From: Negaprion brevirostris
Lineage: Eukaryota
NCBI GenBank assembly: GCA_030324005.1
Contig: JARDVH010000193.1
Coordinates: forward strand, 85,806,684-85,870,683
Reading direction: 5' to 3'
Length of the DNA stretch: 64,000 nucleotides
Under the pieces are notes generated by a model, which worked only from the letters and a program-made list of their open reading frames with translations, ran no database searches and was not told where the DNA came from. The translations under genes were made by a program, and so were the position numbers. Shown here piece by piece: positions 1-12,502 of this stretch. Every line of letters begins with the position of its first letter. The stretch's first letter is position 1.

Positions 1-368
1 AATGAATGATTTGTGCACTTCCACAATTCCTAGTCTCTCACAATTAAGAATATAGTCCAATTTATCACTCTCAGATCAAAGGTGGATGACATCAGACTCC
101 CTATTTGAAATCCGTTTACCATAGCTTTGTCCACACACTTTTGGTGCTTTTTTACAACCTCGCCCCAGGCGAGGCGGCAAAACTCTGGCCTTTGTTTATA
201 TACCCCTCTTGCTCTCATTGGCACACCTTAACCAAACTCCTAACTTTGTCATTTGCAAACTTTGATATAAGGCTCTCTAATTCTTTATTCATTCATATGT
301 GTACTGAAAAATACGTGGGTTATCCAGTCCTTTCAGAAATAAATTACGGCTAAGTTGTTTAAATAACA

Positions 369-1238
369 TTAACTTTCAGGAAGGTGTGCAGCTTTTAAAA
401 GTTCATAAATAGTAGTGGTTATCCCCCAGGTTATGCAGGACCTCAGTATAACAAGGGAGCCACCTCTGTAAATGTACAAGAGGCTTTGGGAGCGAGATTC
501 CCAGAATTTTGCAATGAAATTCCAAAGGCTCACTTTCTCCCCTCCAATGTGAGATTGCATATTTGCAATCACTGCACTAAGTGGATATAGGATAAAACAT
601 ATCATCATTCCATTGAAGCTCCCAGAGACAAAAGCAGAAATACCACTGGGAACACCTTGATCCAAGAGTGAATTCTTGATTGGGTCTTTGAAAGAAAAAT
701 AAAGGGCACTGCCCAATCCATTCCTCACTACAATGGGGAGGAAGCCTTGGTAATATCCAAGGTGTAACTTATCCTTAAATTTATAAGAATTGAATTCCTT
801 CAGGATATTCTGGATATTGGGAAACTTGACATCTTTCCTGTGGTCCTGAAGGACATTTTGGACACGTTCAAATGGAGTCAACACTAGTGCTTCAATGATT
901 CCAGATAAGGATCCTGAAATGCAGCGATGGTGCAAACGTGTACCCTCTGTTGAGATAGTCCCAATGAGGCCTTCATAAACACCAAACAGCAAGGTGCCTT
1001 GGATGGTTTTAGCTAGGAGTGGAGGAAGAATTCCTCTGTAAAACTTGATGAGACCTTCTTGATAGAGTTGGGCAACAGCGTTTCGGATAATGAAACCATG
1101 GATTTGCTGTCGGAAAATTGTTTTGTGGATTGGAAAGGTCAGAAATGTAGCAAGGCAACTAGATACAGCTCCGATTCCGCAGTTTTTCAATGAGGCGACC
1201 ACTTGATTGTTGAGTGAGTCTCCAGAGTCCTGCTGCAT
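369..1238 (-). CDS. SLC25A53: Solute carrier family 25 member 53 (mitochondrial carrier MCART6), single coding exon, about 289 aa from the ATG at 1238
   Basis: Translation has the SLC25A53-type segments TFLTFPIHKTIFRQQIH, FYRGILPPLLAKTIQGTLLFG, PFERVQNVLQD, RNGLGSALYFSFKDPI and IYRGGSLVILRS. The ORF-track start at 1328 is GTG. The ATG at 1238 (AAAATGC) follows a T-rich tract ending TACAG/CAG, a likely acceptor. An upstream in-frame ATG at 1298 is an alternative. Confidence 0.93.
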   Translation of the reverse strand: MQQDSGDSLNNQVVASLKNCGIGAVSSCLATFLTFPIHKTIFRQQIHGFIIRNAVAQLYQEGLIKFYRGILPPLLAKTIQGTLLFGVYEGLIGTISTEGTRLHHRCISGSLSGIIEALVLTPFERVQNVLQDHRKDVKFPNIQNILKEFNSYKFKDKLHLGYYQGFLPIVVRNGLGSALYFSFKDPIKNSLLDQGVPSGISAFVSGSFNGMMICFILYPLSAVIANMQSHIGGEKVSLWNFIAKFWESRSQSLLYIYRGGSLVILRSCITWGITTTIYELLKAAHLPES

Positions 1239-2102
1239 TTTCAATCCTGCTGTATAATATATATAAAAAAATTCCTGGTGAGCATCAATATTTACCATAT
1301 ACCTGTCTTCTTCACATACGGTTTGCACCCAACAAGAAAAGAAAACGATAATAATATATAATGGTCAATTGCTTCTTTCCTGACTGTCACAAACATAATC
1401 AAAACATTGTGTGCTGGAGCAGACGAGTGAAGGAGCAGAGAGACAGATAAGAAATTACCTGTAAAAAACCTGTTTAAATAAGTTTAAAGCACTTTTGTAG
1501 TAACAACTTACCTAGTAGAACTGTGTAAATCATTTAAAAGNNNNNNNNNNNNNNNNNNNNNNNNNNNNNNNNNNNNNNNNNNNNNNNNNNNNNNNNNNNN
1601 NNNNNNNNNNNNNNNNNNNNNNNNNNNNNNNNNNNNNNNNNNNNNNNNNNNNNNNNNNNNNNNNNNNNNNNCTTTAAAGGTATGACATCTGCTTCTTTCT
1701 TGTTCCTTAAAGCAGCCTTACAGGTCTGACGGCCACCAATCCCCAGTAACCTACCTTCTGTACGTACACTGCCTCTTCCTATTTGCTTTTAGCGGCTAAG
1801 CTCTTTAACGGCTTTTCATCTCTTGAATCTGTGATCCCAGTTTCCCATTGTGACAGGAGGAGGCTCCCTGTTGAACTCTTATCCTTACTTCATTTTCTCC
1901 TTCAGTGTACCTATATACATTAAAATCCCACGTCTCTCTCTCTCCCCAAAACACCAACTCAGAGCACAATATCCCACAACTGAAATTGACCAAGACTGAG
2001 CATACAGATAGCCACCATCATAAACTTTAAATGGGACAATTTAAACAAATGAGTGTGAACCAGGTTCCTATCTCCAGAAGATCAATAATAACATATATTC
2101 AC

Positions 2103-2370
2103 GGTGGGATCTTATCAGCTCGTCATGCCAGTTGATCGGTGTGGAGAATCGATAAGATAGGATGAGAGGTGAGAAAGCGGGTTCATTCTCAGTTTCTTGC
2201 CTCTCATAATCTTTCCTTTTCCCAGGAAGGCACGAGGCTGATTTAAATATTAATGAGATTAAATATTAATGAGATTTGCTTGTTGTAATGAGCCTGAGAT
2301 ACAACTGTCCAGGCTTACTTACCTTAGCCCCCTCACAGGTCGAAATCCCCATTGGTGAGGATCACCAATG
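2103..2370 (+). mobile_element. Non-autonomous DNA transposon (MITE-like) fragment
   Basis: 2105-2180 resembles the reverse complement of 57440-57515 (same terminus family). Contains a 16-bp tandem duplication TTAAATATTAATGAGA at 2243-2274. Confidence 0.45.
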
Positions 2371-2874
2371 CGGCAATCGGTTGGGACTTTTTCAACTTCT
2401 AATCATCAACATCCAACCTCTGGCTATTGCTTTTTCCCCATATGCACATACCCAGGCTTCCACAGTGACTGCTGTTTCTTCCACAAATCTCAAGCTCCTT
2501 TTTCCCACTCTCAGACCTCCAGCTCTATTCTGGTGGCTGGTTGTTGGATAGTGACTTGGCTGAGGTTTGGGTGGTCACTGCTCTTAGATAGATAACTTAT
2601 TCTGTGGCTTGCTGCTAGTTTGTGACTTGTTGCTTTGGTAACTGTTGTAGTAGGGTCTGCTACAGAAAGAGTCAATGTGGGACTGAGTACAGTACCACCA
2701 ATGCAGTGCTGTAGGAAGGCATAGGACTCACAGCCAGGGTCAGTCTAGACATAGATAGACTTGGGCAAAGACCTAGGTTGGAGTCAGTGCTGTATTTGGA
2801 ACTTTGACTCTGACTACGTAGATAATCATGAATTGTTAATAAAGATTTGCTGTTAACATTGTCTAGTATCGATT

Positions 2875-3697
2875 GGAGACTTGGGTGGAAAGATGAAAGA
2901 TAGATTTAATCTGGACAAATGTGAGGTAATGCACTTTGGAAGATGCAATACAGATAAGAAATATACAATAAATGGCAAAACCCTCAACAGTATTGAAAGG
3001 CAGAGGGATCTGGGTGTACAGGTACACAAGTCACTGAAAGTGGCAACACTGGTGGAGGAGGTAGTCAAGAAGGCATATGGCATATTTGCCTTCATCGGTC
3101 AGGGCATTGAGTTTAAAAATTGGCAAGTCATGTTGCAGAATCTTAGTTAGGTCGCACTTGGATTGTAATGTTCAATTCTGTCGCCACACTAGCAGAAGGA
3201 TGTGGAGGTTTTGGAAAGGATGCAGAAAAGATTTACTGGGATGTTGCCTGGTGTGGAGGGCATTAGCTATGACGAGAGGTTGGAGAAATTTGAGTTGTTC
3301 TCACTGGAAGGACAGAACTTGAGAGGCAACCCGATAGAAGTCTACAAGATTATGAGACGAAACAGAGTGGATCGTCAGAAGCTTTTTCCGAGAGTGGGAG
3401 AGTCAATTACTAGGGGGTATAACATTGAGGTACGAGCAGCAAAGTTTAAAGGAGAGACTTGAGGCAGGTTTTTTTATACACAGAGTGGTGGGTGCCTGGA
3501 ACTCATTGCCGGGGGAGGTAGTGGAAGCAGATATAATAGTGTGTTTTAAGGGTTGTCTTGATAAGGAAATTAATTGGATGGGAGTAAAAAGATATGGTCC
3601 CTGGAAGGGTAGGGGATTTTAGATCTGTCGGGCATGGTCGGTGCAGGCTTGGAGGGCTGAAGGGCCTGTTCCTGTGCTACTATCTTCTTTGTTCTTG
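2875..3697 (+). mobile_element. CR1-group LINE 3' fragment (RT C-terminus and 3' tail)
   Basis: FNLDKCEVMHFGR, QRDLGVQVHKSLK, LERMQKRFTGMLPG and VVGAWNSLP motifs with frameshifts; 3' tail GGGCTGAAGGGCCTGTTCCTGTGCT. Confidence 0.9.
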
Positions 3698-5924
3698 TTA
3701 AGCCTACATCATGGTATCTGAAGCAGGATTCTTCACGGTGGCAGCATCCAGATTAAAACCCACATCCTCACAAGAATACTGAAGAATGAAGATAAAATAC
3801 ACCTTCAATGATTATGAACTAAACCTAATTCCCAACTGCAGCTACAGATGCTGAGAAAACTCACCAGTAAAGTATAAAGAGAAACATCTGGAGACAGAAG
3901 AGCCTGGGAGCAAACAAGGCAGAAGCTTTTCTCAAGCGAAAAACTCCACTGCAACTTCCTTTGAAGTACAACTTTAGCAAGCAGAGCTCTAGCCTGCAGG
4001 TGTAATAAAACATTTAACTTGCAGGAAACCCCTTTTTTAAATCATTCAGGAGTAACATTTGAATGTAATTGTTGTTCATTCTGATCCCAGACTTGAAGTC
4101 TTAACAGATGGCTCCTGAATACAGCAAAAAAAATCATTAATAACTGATTTTGTCCATTCCAGGTACCCCTCAGAAACAGCCAGTCTGCGGTTCAAAGAGT
4201 TCTGACCTATAATGCGATACCGCTGAATGAATTAAGTCAGCAACTAGCTGACATACATCGCCATTGCAGCCTCTTCTTCTTTGGGCAGTAGTGCTCTGTT
4301 GCCATTTTGAAATACCCGCCACAAACCCGTCAAGCCCAGGAAGATCCCATGTTCAAGCAGTAACTGGCGACACCATCTTGGAAGTCTGTAATCTCAAAGC
4401 TGTGTCCATACTTTCCAAACTCATCAAAAATGGACTGCAATTCCACACTTTCAGTTCCCCTGGGATTCACCAATGGCCCAGATCAGTCATGGGAATTGAG
4501 TTTCTGGAACAGAATATTTTTAAAATACAGCACTGCTGCAGATCTAAATAGAAACTGAAAGGCAGAGCAAGTTAGTATACTTCTTTGATCAATTGGGCCA
4601 ATAGCAGACAATATCTTTACACAACAAGCTTTGATGAATCATCTGCCAAATTTGATTATGTTTTGAAATCTTTCAATGTCTATTTCAACTTGGGATCCAA
4701 TGAAGTATTGGGCAGGAAGTACNNNNNNNNNNCTCATTCGAGACAGAATCATGGTGTGTGTTGCAGAGGATTCACTGTTGACTTTCCACAAACTAAAGAT
4801 GATCATACCTTCAACAAGGCTATTGAGTCTGTCTAGGCTACGTGACCAACATAGGACCATTCCAAGGGAAGAGAACACTTCATGGGGCAGAAATCAGCAC
4901 TCAATCCACCATATCAAGTCACAAAAAGGCAGGGGCCACCTAAGCCAAGGAAAGCAACCCCTGAACTGCCCAACCTTGCCAGCGCTGTAGTGTGAAGCAC
5001 CCTCACAGTAAAGATCAGAGTCTTGTGAGTACTGTCCAATGCTTCCACTGCAACAGACAGGGACACTTTGGTAAACTGTGCAAGTCAAAAACTCAGCATT
5101 GTACAGGTTTCCAAAGGTCTTCCATGAGTTTGAGACTGAAGAGCCAGAGATGCATAGCCATTCTTCTTGGGGGACATCAAAGAGTGCATTTTGGAAAGCT
5201 GATACCCTGGTAAGTTGTCATATAATAGGTTTGAAATTAAAATAAAATTAAAGTTTATTTATTAGTCACAAATAAGGCTTACATTAACACTGCAATGAAG
5301 TTACTGTAAAATTAGATTCATGTTCCAGTATGAACATGAGGAACCATGACTCTAAGGTCTTTAGATTTGAATGGCAGGCACTCTAGTGTATGCAGCAGGT
5401 AGGAGTCTGATTCTGGTCCTCAGCATGATCCTTGAACCACTGCCAGAACAAATCTTTGAGCTTATGTATGTGATCTACGATCAGCTTTTCTCCTCTGAGC
5501 AGAGATTCACATGTAGCACGCAGTTTTTCCAGCCAGCGCAAGATGTCAAGAACTACTGAACTTGTTAGCAAGTCAGAACAGAATATTACTCAGTTCTCAA
5601 ACTCTAAAGAGTATTCAAATTCTGATTTCACTCGTGATCTCTTTTCTCTTTTCTTCTCTCTTCTCTTCTGTGGATCAGGTTTGTCCATCATTATTCCAGG
5701 TCCTGGAAAGTCCCCAGTGGTCAGGCCAACCATACATGAGATTACCATAGCACCTCAGGTGGAAATGGTTCCAGAGAAGGATCAACAGTCTGTGGAATCG
5801 CTACCTCCAACTAAAAAGATGCTACAATTCGTAGATACATCAGCCAGTGTACTTACAGCAAGATCCAGTCGAGTGCCACAACCATAAGGGATGCCGGAAC
5901 TGAGTGGCAATTACATAAGAAGAT

Positions 5925-6215
5925 AAGAACCTAAGAAATAGGAGCAGGAGTAGGCCATCTAGCCCTTCGAGCCTGCCCCGCCATTCAATAAGATCATGGC
6001 TGATNNNNNNNNNNNNNNNNNNNNNNNNNNNNNNNNNNNNNNNNNNNNNNNNNNNNNNNNNNNNNNNNNNNNNNNNNNNNNNNNNNNNNNNNNNNNNNNN
6101 NNNNCCCAGCCTATCTAGATCCTTCTGCAGACTCTCCACACCCTCCGCGCAATTTGCCGTTCCACCAATCTTGGTGTCATCCTCCAGATCATCTATATAA
6201 ATGGTAAATAGCTGA
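5925..6215 (-). mobile_element. Young CR1 LINE 3' end spanning a gap
   Basis: Tail is nearly identical to 56193-56268. MESLQKDLDRL RT motif after the gap. Confidence 0.85.
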
Positions 6216-6331
6216 CTTAATCTTCTTCTAGCTACAGGAATGCTCTCCCTCAGTCACTGAGAGCTCACAGATGGTCTAAGTGGAAAATGAAGATAAAACG
6301 TCTTTTGTAAGTAGATGAATACTATTTTCAT

Positions 6332-6420
6332 CATAAGAAGTCTCACAACACCAGGTTAAAGTCCAACAGGTTTATTTGGTAGCATGAGCTTTTAGAGTGC
6401 TGCCCCTTCATCAGGTGAAT
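6332..6420 (-). mobile_element. Penelope-like element 3' terminus with degenerate hammerhead motif
   Basis: Minus strand reads CACCTGATGAAGGGGCAGCACTCTAAAAGCTCATGCTACCAAATAAACCTGTTGGACTTTAACCTGGTGTTGTGAGACTTCT, homologous to the copies at 16360, 32303, 33513 and 56085. Confidence 0.75.
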
Positions 6421-7219
6421 CGCCTATTTTCATCAACCTGCAAGAAACTATCAACAGTAACAACCGTTGTACATCGCCAAATCATCCAGAACAACCAGGC
6501 ATGGTTTAAAATCAAGCAATAGAGGAAAGTGATGAGCCCAAACCTAAACACCAGTCCGACCTCCAAGCCAATAAAAATAAGCAATGCCTGAGCAAACCAC
6601 TCTCTTGACTGAATGGAGAATGAGATGTGGAGGGGTTAAAAGGCTTCTAGACTGCCTGGACCTCGAACTTCAAAGACTTGAAAGGGGTTGATGGGGTAGT
6701 GAGAATGTGGTTAATGTTAATACTGTAATAGCAATAATGTTGAAGCAGCATTAAGGTTGCAACAATAGGGTTAATGCACAAACTTATAATATAAACTAAA
6801 GTAACTCTATATCCACAGAATTAAAACTTGGGTGTGGTGGTAGGGAGTGTAGTATAAGGGCCTGGTACATGCGGGGTTAATGTGTATGGTCCACACAGTG
6901 ATGTAAGAAGGCACATGACCCAGAACTAGGGTCTGGATAGAGATAGGTGAAGATTTAGACTGTGTCAGCTCCATAGCTGTACACTCTACTGTAAATATGT
7001 ATATAATTAAGAGTTGTTAATGTAGTTAAGTTGTTGTTAATATAGCCTATTTCATGGTTTCCAGAGCAGGATTCTTTAGTAGCTGACTTCTAATGACTGG
7101 TGGTAACTGGCAAACTGCAGAATGGGTGTTGATAGAGGTTGGCTGGCTAACCTTTCGTTCTGTCTAGCCAAATTACACATTTTTTGTGGACTTGTGTGTC
7201 TAAAGGTGTTAGTGGACAA

Positions 7220-8075
7220 ACAGCAGGGTTTACAAAAGGCCAGAGTCATGCTTGACAAATTTTCTGGAATTTTTTGAGGATGTGACCAGAAGAGAGGACA
7301 AGATTGAACCAGTGGATGTTGTATGTCTGGACTTTCATAAGGCTTTTGACAAGATCACAAGAGATTAGTGAGCAAAATTAAAGCTCATGGCATTGGGGAT
7401 AATGTATTGACGTGGATAAACAACTGGTTGGCAGACAGGAAGCAGAGACTGGGAATAAATGGGTCCTTTCCAGAGTGGCAGGCAGTGACTTGTAGGGTAC
7501 TGCACGGTTCTGTGCTAGGATGCCAGCTATTCACAATATATAGTAATGATTTGGACGAAGGAATTGAATGCAATATCTCTAAATTTGCAGATGACACTAA
7601 GCTGGGTGGCGCTGTGTGCTGTGAGGAGGATGCTAAGAGGCTGCAGGGTGACTTGGACAGGCTGGCTGAGTGGGCAAATGCTTGGCAAATTCAATATAAT
7701 GTGGATAAATATGAAGTTATCTCACTGTGGTGGCAAGAACAGGAATGAACGGTGGTAGCTTAGGAAGGCGGGGGAGTGCAATGTGACCTGAGTGTCATGG
7801 TGCAAGTTGCTGAAGGTTGGAATGCAGGTACAGCAGATAGTGAGGGGAGCTAAAGGCATGCTGGCCTTCATAGGCAAGAGGATTTGAGTATAGGAATAAG
7901 GATGTCTTGCTGCAGTTATACAGGGCCTTGGTGAGGCCACACCTTGAGTATTGTGTGCAGTTTTGGTCTCCTAGTCTGAGGAAGGACATTCTTTCTATGG
8001 AGGGAATCCAACAAGGGTTCACCAGACTGATTCCTGGAATGACAGGATTGATAGGTGAGGAGAGACTAGATTGAT
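7220..8075 (+). mobile_element. CR1 LINE reverse-transcriptase fragment
   Basis: NWLADRKQRLGING, NDLDEGIECNISKFADDTKLGG and LQGDLDRLAEWA motifs; frameshifted. Confidence 0.92.
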
Positions 8076-8539
8076 AACAAGAAGAAGCAGAAATGAGCAT
8101 GCTACCCAATCTTCATCTAACTACAGGAACGCTGTAGGTGCTCAAAGAAAGGAATTTATTTTGCGAAAAAGGAGCCAACCAGTGACAGGAATTGTTCTGC
8201 CACATGCATTTTCGGTGAATTAGGGTCGTGATGAGGAAAAGTAGACAGGATTGGGAGCCATTATCATTTGAAAGTGGATAATGTAATGGTTTTAATGGAG
8301 CAGAGCTGAGCAGAGGAAGCTGTCTTTGGCGGGGAGGACATAGGAAGTGAAACTCAGATCTGCGAATAAAACACCATGGTTACAGAACTGCATGTTTCAG
8401 ACTGAGTTAGCGGCCAGGGAAAGGGAAAAGGGACAATTCGAGTTTTGTCGCTATACTTTCACAGCCATTGGAAAGAGAATAGATGCTGAGTGTTTTATAT
8501 ATTTTAGGTAAATGGAGCTCTTATGTCATTACACCTCAC

Positions 8540-8685
8540 CGACTCCCGAGAAAACACTAACGATCGATAGTAGAGCATAAAGAGAAATATAATCCGCTGT
8601 GTGTTTCAGAAAGTCGATGGCCACTTGATCAGAGCAATGCCGGCGACTGAGCCCGGGTATCCGGCAATCTCAATCGGATGTAATC
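8540..8685 (-). other. Candidate non-coding 5' exon, probably of SLC25A53
   Basis: 146-nt CpG-rich segment bounded on the minus strand by acceptor CCCTTTGTCTCCTTACAG and donor G|GTGAGG. All three frames are closed. Assignment to SLC25A53 is inference. Confidence 0.45.
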
Positions 8686-9984
8686 TGTAAGGAGACAAAG
8701 GGATTCTTCCATTCCGTGTGCAATCATTTCAATGCTTGCGACAAAGAGCAATGAAGCATGATACTCCCACTGAATACAGCTTTCCCCAAACTCAGCTTTT
8801 CAAAGATAAAAACACATGTTTAGAACTGTACATACGTTTAGAACAGTACCTTATCTGGAATTTCAAGTTTCATAAATCTCTTCGCACACGTTTTTCTAGT
8901 ATCGTTTACAAAAGTTGGCACAATAATTATTTTCGATTCTCCCAGCAGTTATATTAATCCACACATCCATCTTCACATTGTAGCAGAGCCATTCTGATGA
9001 CAGAGAACTTCATTCGTTTCCGATGTTGATTGGGTTATTGTGTGGAGGAACGGACCGGCTATAATAATTCTGATTGGTTTGAACAGCTCGATCGCGAGAA
9101 ACAGAGACTGGGCGTTGACCGACCTTGTTCATTCGTCCAGACACCTTGCAGTATTCTTTCATATTGCCCTGTAGAATGTAGAATATTCATTGCGGGACTT
9201 CTTTCTTCACTGCTCCTCCCGAAAACTCACTTGCTGATCTATGTTTCGCTGAATAACTTCTTGGAAAGACTGCACAGACAGCTTAACTTAAACGCGTTTA
9301 ACATTGAACTTTCTCAATTGCTTTCTCTTCATCGGAGCACCATCTTCTCGGGTTTTCTTATCTACTTGGGATATCATACCCAAAAGATCAAGCCGAAGAT
9401 GGGGTGCAATGCCTTATCTTGTCAGCTTGGATCTTGATTGTCTCTCTTGTGGGGACCATGAATTGGATTCAAACGGAATTTGCATTTGGTTTTTAGAGCA
9501 AGCAAGCAAGCAGGAAGTGGATTTGGTTCTGCCCAGTCCCCTCTGAACATTGACTTTGGAACTTTTAAGAATGGAGTAATTTCTTTAAAAAAGTTATCAT
9601 ACCCAAAATAAGTCCAGGGCTGCTGAGGGATACAATAAAGCTTGGGGCAACTGCTGCAGAGGCTCAATAGGAAAGGTTGCAGTCTAAGATTTTTCACCAC
9701 ATTGACCTGAGGGGAGCAGGACCCCACTGGCTGAATGTATACAGTGAATATTACAGGTATCCCAGTAATCAACGTTCTAAATCTATCCACAGAATCTCCT
9801 TCAATGAATATTCTTCCCACGACAATGGATGCATTCTAAGCTCTTCCACAGTGGCACAGTCCCCCTTGGCAATTCTATTTGTAAATGAGGGATTAGTTTA
9901 CATGTTCATTAGGTTGCCCTGGGATGAGGGAGTTGACAGATGATGAAAAGCTAAATAAATTCAGCCTTTATTCCATGAAGTTGA

Positions 9985-10205
9985 GGACCTGGATTCCATT
10001 CTCAGCTTAGGTCATTGTCTGTATGGCATTTGCACGTTCTCCCTGTGTCTGCATGGGTTTCCTCCAGGTGCTTCAGTTTCCTCCCACAGTCCAAAGATGA
10101 GCAAGTTAGGTGCATTGGCTATGCTAAATTGTCCCTTAGTGTCCCAGGATTAGCAGGTAAAATGTAGGATTACGTGGATAGAGCCTGGGTGGGATTGTTG
10201 TCACA
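9985..10205 (+). mobile_element. tRNA-derived SINE (HE1-like)
   Basis: Core TTTGCACGTTCTCCCTGTGTCTGCATGGGTTTCCTCC...CTCCCACAGTCCAAAGATG recurs many times in the window. Confidence 0.85.
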
Positions 10206-10223
10206 GTATTTGGCCACAGTAAT

Positions 10224-11085
10224 ATGGGGAAGTGTGAGATCATGCACTTTTGTAGGAGGAATCAAAAGGGAGATTATCTAAATGGACAGACTCTACAGGT
10301 AAGTGAAGAACAGATGGACTTGGGTGTTCTAATGCATGAATCTCAAAAAGTTAGCATGCAAATCCAGAAACTAGTTCAGAAGGCAGATGACATTTTGGCC
10401 TTTATTGCAAAGGAATTGGGAGTTTAAAAATAGGGAGGTTTTGTTGCAACTATGTAGGGTGTTGGTGAGGTCTCACCTGGAATACCGCAGTTTTAGTCTC
10501 CTTAAAAAGGGATATAGTAACACTGGAGCTGGTCCAAAGGAAATTCATCAGGTTAATTCCTGGGATGAGAAAGCCGTCCTATCAAAACATTAAATAGTCT
10601 GTGTCTATATTTCTTGGGAGGTATAAGAGCGAGGGATAACCTTATTCAAAAATACAAGATGCTGTTGGAGTTTGGTGAAGGTAGATGGTAAGATATTTCC
10701 ACTAATGGGAGAATTTTGAAGGGACATTGCTACAAGATAAAGGGCTGGTCACTTAAAACTGGGGTGCATTAGTAGATTTCTTCTTGCAGAGGGTGGTGAA
10801 TCTCGGGAATTCTCTTCCCCAAAAGGGGGTAGAGGCTGGATCATTAGAAGTATTTACAATGGAGGTGGAAAATATTTGATACATCAGGAATGGAGGGCTA
10901 CAGGGAAATAACACAAAAGGAGTTGAGGTCAGCACAGATCAGCCATTATCATATTGAATGGCACATACAGTATGCTTTGTCTGTAATAACATGCAAGAAA
11001 CAACACTTTTCACTAAATAGTAACCTATGTGACAATAATAAATCAAGATCTGGTGGCCTACTCCTGCTTCTATTTCTTGTGAAAT
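10224..11085 (+). mobile_element. CR1 LINE 3' fragment with a short Rex1-type tail inserted (about 10968-11046)
   Basis: KCEIMHFCRRN, DLGVLMHESQK and LVRSHLEY motifs; CR1 tail TGGCCTACTCCTGCTTCTATTTCTT. Confidence 0.85.
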
Positions 11086-11149
11086 AGATGAAGCTCATGC
11101 AAGTGTTTCTATAATGAAAAGTCTAGGCAGGTCGTATGTTTGATGGCCC

Positions 11150-11750
11150 AATATTTAAAATCCTATTCTTCTTGGCAGATAAACCAGAAGATGGCACCAC
11201 CAGTATGACTTCATCGCTGGTGGTAGGGTAATCGACTATGATCTAGACTTCACGTGGATTTTGCAGCACCTTTCATGAATCATGTTTTTGGTTGTCATAG
11301 ATGTGCATTCAAAATGGTTGGAAGCATAGATCATAAGNNNNNNNNNNNNNNNNNNNNNNNNNNNNNNNNNNNNNNNNNNNNNNNNNNNNNNNNNNNNNNN
11401 NNNNNNNNNNNNNNNNNNNNNNNNNNNNNNNNNNNNNNNNNNNNNNNNNNNNNNNNNNNNNNNNNNNNNNNNNNNNNNNNNNNNNNNNNNNNNNNNNNNN
11501 NNNNNNNNNNNNNNNNNNNNNNNNCAAACTCTAAAAGGAGGCACTGAAGACAATGGAAGGTGATACCTTCAAGTGTAAAGCTAAGATTTTTATTTCTGTA
11601 TCGTGTCACACCATAATCAGGCTCTCTCCAGAGGAATTGTTGTTAGATAGATGACCTAAGTCTCATCCAAATCAGCCTCATCCAGACCTGAGAGCAAAAG
11701 TCAGAAGGAGACAATAGAGTTTGGGAAGGGGGGTCATGCGGAGAGGAGAC
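11150..11750 (+). mobile_element. Gypsy integrase remnant
   Basis: LHVDFAAPFMNHVF and frameshifted VVIDVHSKWLE integrase-core motifs; FLFLYRVTP downstream of the gap. Confidence 0.7.
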
Positions 11751-12502
11751 TTCCAAGAGAGGCAGTTCAAATGTTGACGTCAGGAACTTTGATAGCAGCA
11801 ACCTATTAGTGAATTTTGGTTACTTTGCAAGGGTGTAAAACTGAAAATAGGTCACAATTTCCTTTTGAAGTGGATTATTGACATGATTGACTGTACTGAG
11901 TATGGTTCTGACTATTTGGGACTTTTTAGGCAAAGATGGTGGTTGTCCAATTGTGTACAAAATGACTTGGACTAATCTCAGCCTTCTGTAATTCAACCAT
12001 CTTTATTTTTAAGAATGCTGTGAAATAAGACACACCCTTACTTAAGCGCTCAATGTATTGGATTATTTTCAAGTACACATTGCATTTTCCTAAGTTTTTA
12101 ATCTATAAAATGAACACAAAAAAGTAGTAACAAGACAAATAAAAATGACAAGTGGACTGCACACAATTTTATCAAAGATCTTGCAAAAATAATATATATT
12201 TAATTTTCTTGGATCACAGTAAAATATTAGAGTAACTATTTGAATCGTAGGAACTTCTAGACATGAAACACATGTTGACTATTGACTTTTGAAATCCTTT
12301 TGGGTTTAAGACATCAAAACACATGCATGTGTCAGAAACAAAAGCTTTAGTCTAACAGTCTGGCGACACTTACTATGAAGGCTCTTATAATTAGTGGGAA
12401 TTTGTGCAAGGTACTACGATGATATTACGACAACGAATAAACACAATGAAACTGAAAATGGAAATCAGAACACTTGCATGGCAAAAATAACCATTGCATA
12501 TG

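Larger units (their letters stand above)
2643..6330 (+). mobile_element. Degraded Gypsy-type LTR retrotransposon, interrupted by CR1 insertions
   Basis: LTR-like segment starting TG at 2643 with AATAAA near 2838. PBS-like TGGTATC at 3712 after the CR1 insert. Gag-like LIRDRIMVCV..LKMIIPSTRL and zinc-knuckle remnant CFHCNRQGHFGKLC (about 5040-5082). Integrase-like LLSYRN near 6225. Confidence 0.55.

Noticed and set aside
1239-1328. N-terminal extension MQTVCEEDRY... of SLC25A53
   Set aside because: Starts at GTG, crosses a T-rich acceptor-like tract and shows no carrier similarity; most likely intron.
9030-9437. 135-aa plus-strand ORF in the CpG-retaining region
   Set aside because: Non-ATG start and no recognisable homology.
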